From: an uncultured delta proteobacterium
GTDB lineage: Bacteria > Desulfobacterota > Desulfobacteria > Desulfobacterales > JAFDCJ01
Reading direction: 5' to 3'
Length of the DNA: 64,000 bases
NCBI GenBank assembly: GCA_963769935.1
Contig: CAVYNY010000020.1
Location: 256,001-320,000, forward strand
The notes under the pieces are model-generated. The model saw nothing but the letters and a program-made list of their open reading frames with translations, did not search any database and was not told where the DNA came from. Below, piece by piece: positions 60,638 to 64,000 of the stretch. Made by a program: the position numbers and the translations under genes. Positions within the stretch are counted from its first letter, which is position 1. Each line of letters begins with the position of its first letter.

Positions 60638-61237
60638 TCAAATCCTTTTGGATTGCCGCACGTACCGCGTGGCGAGCAATATGTCCCACAGCGGCGTGGT
60701 AACCCCAAAGTTGGTGTCGGGGTGGTAGTGATGGATGTGATGATTGGCTGCCCAACGTCGGACCGGACGCCAGCGAAAACGTCTGTGATGAATGAGAAAG
60801 TGGCTCAGCCCGTAGGTGACGTAGCCAAAGTCTATGGCACCTGCCAGCAGAAACGCAAAGCCAACGGGCATCAGCAAAACAAATATCCCTACCAACCCCG
60901 TCAGCAGCAGGGCCGGCAGGAAGAAAGGCAGGGCGTCGTAGCCCAGCGGATTCTCGTGATGGGCGCGGTGACCCTCCACCATGAGCCGCATCGATCCGTG
61001 AAACAGCCAGCGGTGAAAGAAGTACTCGAAAAAGCTGAAAATAAACAGGCCGATCAGGATGGTGAATAATACCGCGCCGGGATGGGTGTCAAGGTGCCGC
61101 AAGCCTTCAAAAATCAGCAAAATCCCGACCGGGAAATCGAGAAAAAATTCGCCCCAGTAATTGGCCGGGGTCCGCGACATCTTCAAGATGCAGTCCAGCG
61201 CAGCATCAAACAGTCGCCTGATCCCTAGCCCCTGCAT
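60638..61237 (-). CDS. Fatty acid hydroxylase / sterol desaturase family
   Basis: EYFFHRWLFH, HRAHH, HFLIHH, HHIHH, NFGVTTPLWD histidine boxes. Confidence 0.88.
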   Translation of the reverse strand: MQGLGIRRLFDAALDCILKMSRTPANYWGEFFLDFPVGILLIFEGLRHLDTHPGAVLFTILIGLFIFSFFEYFFHRWLFHGSMRLMVEGHRAHHENPLGYDALPFFLPALLLTGLVGIFVLLMPVGFAFLLAGAIDFGYVTYGLSHFLIHHRRFRWRPVRRWAANHHIHHYHPDTNFGVTTPLWDILLATRYVRQSKRI

Positions 61238-61642
61238 AGTCCTTTATCCTCCCCGGTTACGAAACGGAAAAATCTTATTACAGTATGCCCAAGAATGTCA
61301 AATCTATTTCAGAACCTGTTTAATTGTCCTCGCATTTTTCTTTTCTGTTAGTTCAAACAGTTTTTTTCATCGATTTCAGCCGGGTAAAGGGCGTAATAAG
61401 CGAGGGCCGACCGTATCCGCTGCTCATCAACGCTACTTCAGAGTTATCTTAAATACCACAATGGGATCTTTCGGAACGGTTTTATAAATTACCTCTTTAA
61501 CTGGGGCCGGGCGCCTATAAGGAGCGGCATCGTAACGATGAACGGGGACCCTGTTGTAGGCATATCCGTTGGGGTAGTTAGGAATTGGTTTAAATGGTTT
61601 GTTGTCCCACCCGGGAGGAATCTTTTTTACTTCACCAAAGGA

Positions 61643-63541
61643 TTACTTCTTTTTGAACCTGCTCAGCCCGCGCATCAGCTTGACCAACGTTTGTTGATGG
61701 GTTTTCATGAATTGCTCATCGTCCCCGACAGGAACATCATCTTTTGTACTCAGATTATTTTTAAAGGTTCCCGCCGCATTCAAAGGGATGGATAGTTTGT
61801 AGTGAGGGTCCACATAACAGATCCGCGACCAGTCGCTGATGACGGTGTAGGGCCGTTGCTGATCGCTCAAAAGGTTGTAGCCGAGGGAATAATCCTCCGG
61901 AGGATTTTTGATCCCCAGGAAAGGCAACAGGGTCGGCGCGATATCGAGATGGCTGGTCATCTTTTCCACAGGGCCGCTGCCGGTGCCCGGAATCCACAGA
62001 ATTAAGGGGGTTCTAATCTGTTCTTCGTCAAAAGTCGAGCCGTGCCCCCACCGCCCCTTTTCCATGAATTCCTCGCCATGGTCGCCCGTGAGGATGACAA
62101 TTGTATTTTTTAAAAGATCTTCCCGCTCCAGGAAATCGATGATTCTGGCAAACTGGCTGTCGAGGTGATGACAGGAATTGATGTAGCGGTTTTTTATTAA
62201 CTGAATATCTTTTTTAAGGTCCATGGTCGCGTAATTGAATTCCTGGAGATAGTTTTTGCGAAGGATGCTCTCCTCCGGAAAGTAATAGCGGGCGTGCGGC
62301 GACTCAAAAAACATAAAGGTCATGAATGGCTGTTGGGGGTCCCGCTTTTCAATGAAATGGATAAGATCGGTGACGTTTTTTCGGTCTCTCTGCCAGCCCT
62401 GGCCGGTGTGGCTATCATGCAGGCAATCCCGCGGAATGGATGCAAAAAGAGTTTTATCGAATTCCGGATAAGAAAATCTGGCGCTGGTGTACATGCTCAT
62501 CTGATACTTCTGCTGCTGGAGAACGTCCATGAGGACGGGGCTGCGTCTGGTGTTCAGGAAATCAAACCAGTAGGGACCGTAAAGCCCGTAAAACATGGAG
62601 AACAAAGCCATCCTGGTACCGTTGCCGCCGCTGTAATGATTGAGAAAATGATGGGAACGTCGGGCGAATTCCCAGGCCGCAGGTGTGATCTCCGGGTCGA
62701 GCATATCCCAGCGCCACGATTCAGCGACCAGCCAGACAATATTCATCGGCTGCTTGGGTGTTTCAATCTGCAGTTTTTTTAGCGGATAGTTCAAAGCCGT
62801 GTCGCTCAGTTTAACCTTAAGGTCATTCCGGGAATTTTCCTTGATTCCAAATTTCCTGGCCAGGTCGCTAAAAAGAAAGGGGAGATATCCGGGGAAAGCC
62901 TGAGCCGAAATCAGAACCGGGCTATAGCCTTTTAAGTAGCTGATTCCGTAGGCAATGCGCTCGCCGGCCGTACACAGGCAAAAAATATACAGCAAGTATC
63001 GATACAGTTTGCGCGGCCGGCGGATCCAGGCAAAAGTCTTTCTGGTTGAAATGAAATACAGACCCCGGCACATGACGATCTGTATAACTATAAAACCGAG
63101 TATTGCCAGGGCGAAGAGGACCATGGCAGCATTATCGACGCCCATCGATTCGATGCCGCCGGGGGTGGTGATCAGATTCCAAACAAAGCCGTTGATATGA
63201 AAGCCGAAAATTTCAAAAATTTTAGCATCGACGAAGAGGACAATGGCTGTTCCCGCCGTAAGGGTAACGGCAAGTGTATAAACCATTCTTGCCGCTGCCG
63301 GCGAAAGGTCACGATGTTTTTTGCTCCAGGCCAGGATGTAGTGAGCGAATTTGGTTATTAAGAGGGCCGGCAGCAGATAGATAAACCCATAGCTGAAGTA
63401 TACCGCGATCACAAAAATCATAGTCGGGGCGGTTTCGAAAAAGGCTGTGCGTTTCAGGTAGGGTGCTGTTATCAGCAGAATCACCAGGTAAGACAGAAAG
63501 AAGAAATGATTCAGGAAAGCATTGCGTTCAGAGAAATTCAT
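61643..63541 (-). CDS. DUF3413 + sulfatase membrane protein (YejM/PbgA-like)
   Basis: Five N-terminal TMs, FHINGFVWNL, ESWR, HYSGGNGT, TGDHGEEF, WGH, TSHLDIAPTL. Confidence 0.85.
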   Translation of the reverse strand: MNFSERNAFLNHFFFLSYLVILLITAPYLKRTAFFETAPTMIFVIAVYFSYGFIYLLPALLITKFAHYILAWSKKHRDLSPAAARMVYTLAVTLTAGTAIVLFVDAKIFEIFGFHINGFVWNLITTPGGIESMGVDNAAMVLFALAILGFIVIQIVMCRGLYFISTRKTFAWIRRPRKLYRYLLYIFCLCTAGERIAYGISYLKGYSPVLISAQAFPGYLPFLFSDLARKFGIKENSRNDLKVKLSDTALNYPLKKLQIETPKQPMNIVWLVAESWRWDMLDPEITPAAWEFARRSHHFLNHYSGGNGTRMALFSMFYGLYGPYWFDFLNTRRSPVLMDVLQQQKYQMSMYTSARFSYPEFDKTLFASIPRDCLHDSHTGQGWQRDRKNVTDLIHFIEKRDPQQPFMTFMFFESPHARYYFPEESILRKNYLQEFNYATMDLKKDIQLIKNRYINSCHHLDSQFARIIDFLEREDLLKNTIVILTGDHGEEFMEKGRWGHGSTFDEEQIRTPLILWIPGTGSGPVEKMTSHLDIAPTLLPFLGIKNPPEDYSLGYNLLSDQQRPYTVISDWSRICYVDPHYKLSIPLNAAGTFKNNLSTKDDVPVGDDEQFMKTHQQTLVKLMRGLSRFKKK

Positions 63542-63898
63542 ATTTAATTTTCATTATTTCTTTTTTAATAAAGCTTTTTATTCTTTTTTAGTCGAATTTT
63601 GCATCTGGTTCAACCTCTGTTTTCAGAAGCATCCCTTTAAAAACCCATTTGAAGGGCCCCACGGTCATCAGCCGGCAGATATGGCGTTCCAGAAATTGAT
63701 TTAGAACAAGTGCGCTCCACGTGCGGCCTGCCCGAAACTGAAAAAACGCCGAGGCTGAGTCCGGTTGCAGAACCGGCCAGAGAAAAAAGGACAGGTATTT
63801 TATGCTGTTACAGCATCCTCCAGCAGCTTACTCAAAAAATCCGCTCGTGTCCACATCAAAGAATTTTAAATGATTTTGCAGGCTTGTAAATCGCTTAT

Positions 63899-63933
63899 AA
63901 AAAAGGTCCACGGGCCTAGTTCCGTGGACCTTT
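63899..63933 (-). terminator. Rho-independent terminator (minus strand)
   Basis: AAAAAAGGTCCACGG-GCCTAGTT-CCGTGGACCTTT. Confidence 0.65.
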
Positions 63934-64000
63934 CATTCCTGTTAAACTTTGCGGTCAAAATTGCCTTGCGGACCGCCTCAATGTAATTTCAGGAAATGGT

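Noticed and set aside
1..64000. tRNA, rRNA, integrase or intact IS
   Set aside because: No cloverleaf, rRNA-like stretch or recombinase/transposase ORF recognised

Overview
Bacterial window, probably from a Desulfobacterota/deltaproteobacterial genome (inferred from gene content and intergenic repeat types). The first ~19.5 kb is an accessory island with three fluoride (crcB-class) riboswitches (~1059, ~3208, ~14863). They lead into (i) a dynamin-like GTPase, (ii) a six-gene Hyf/Ehr-type membrane complex whose large subunit lacks the Ni-binding cysteines, and (iii) a small helical protein, a translationally coupled pair of MutS4-like ATPases and a degenerate P-loop protein. No Fluc/CrcB or CLC-F exporter is recognisable in the window. 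Riboswitches 2 and 3 share a gapless ~240-nt duplicated leader with a three-segment terminator/antiterminator relay. The rest carries pqiA-A-B-C, a thioredoxin cluster with an unannotated six-Cys mini-protein, a PAS hybrid kinase, DUF3842/CooT, a Tat-exported PaoABC-like molybdoenzyme, csp, a sigma54-driven TauE/TIGR02186/PEP-synthase-like module with its two-component system, a panB/TIM-barrel/aminotransferase operon behind a decayed IclR gene, a PP2C phosphatase, an MFS transporter, a sterol desaturase-family gene and a YejM-like sulfatase. Many gene remnants and frameshifts are present; some may be assembly errors. No rRNA, tRNA or CRISPR array was seen. All family calls come from motif recognition, not database searches.
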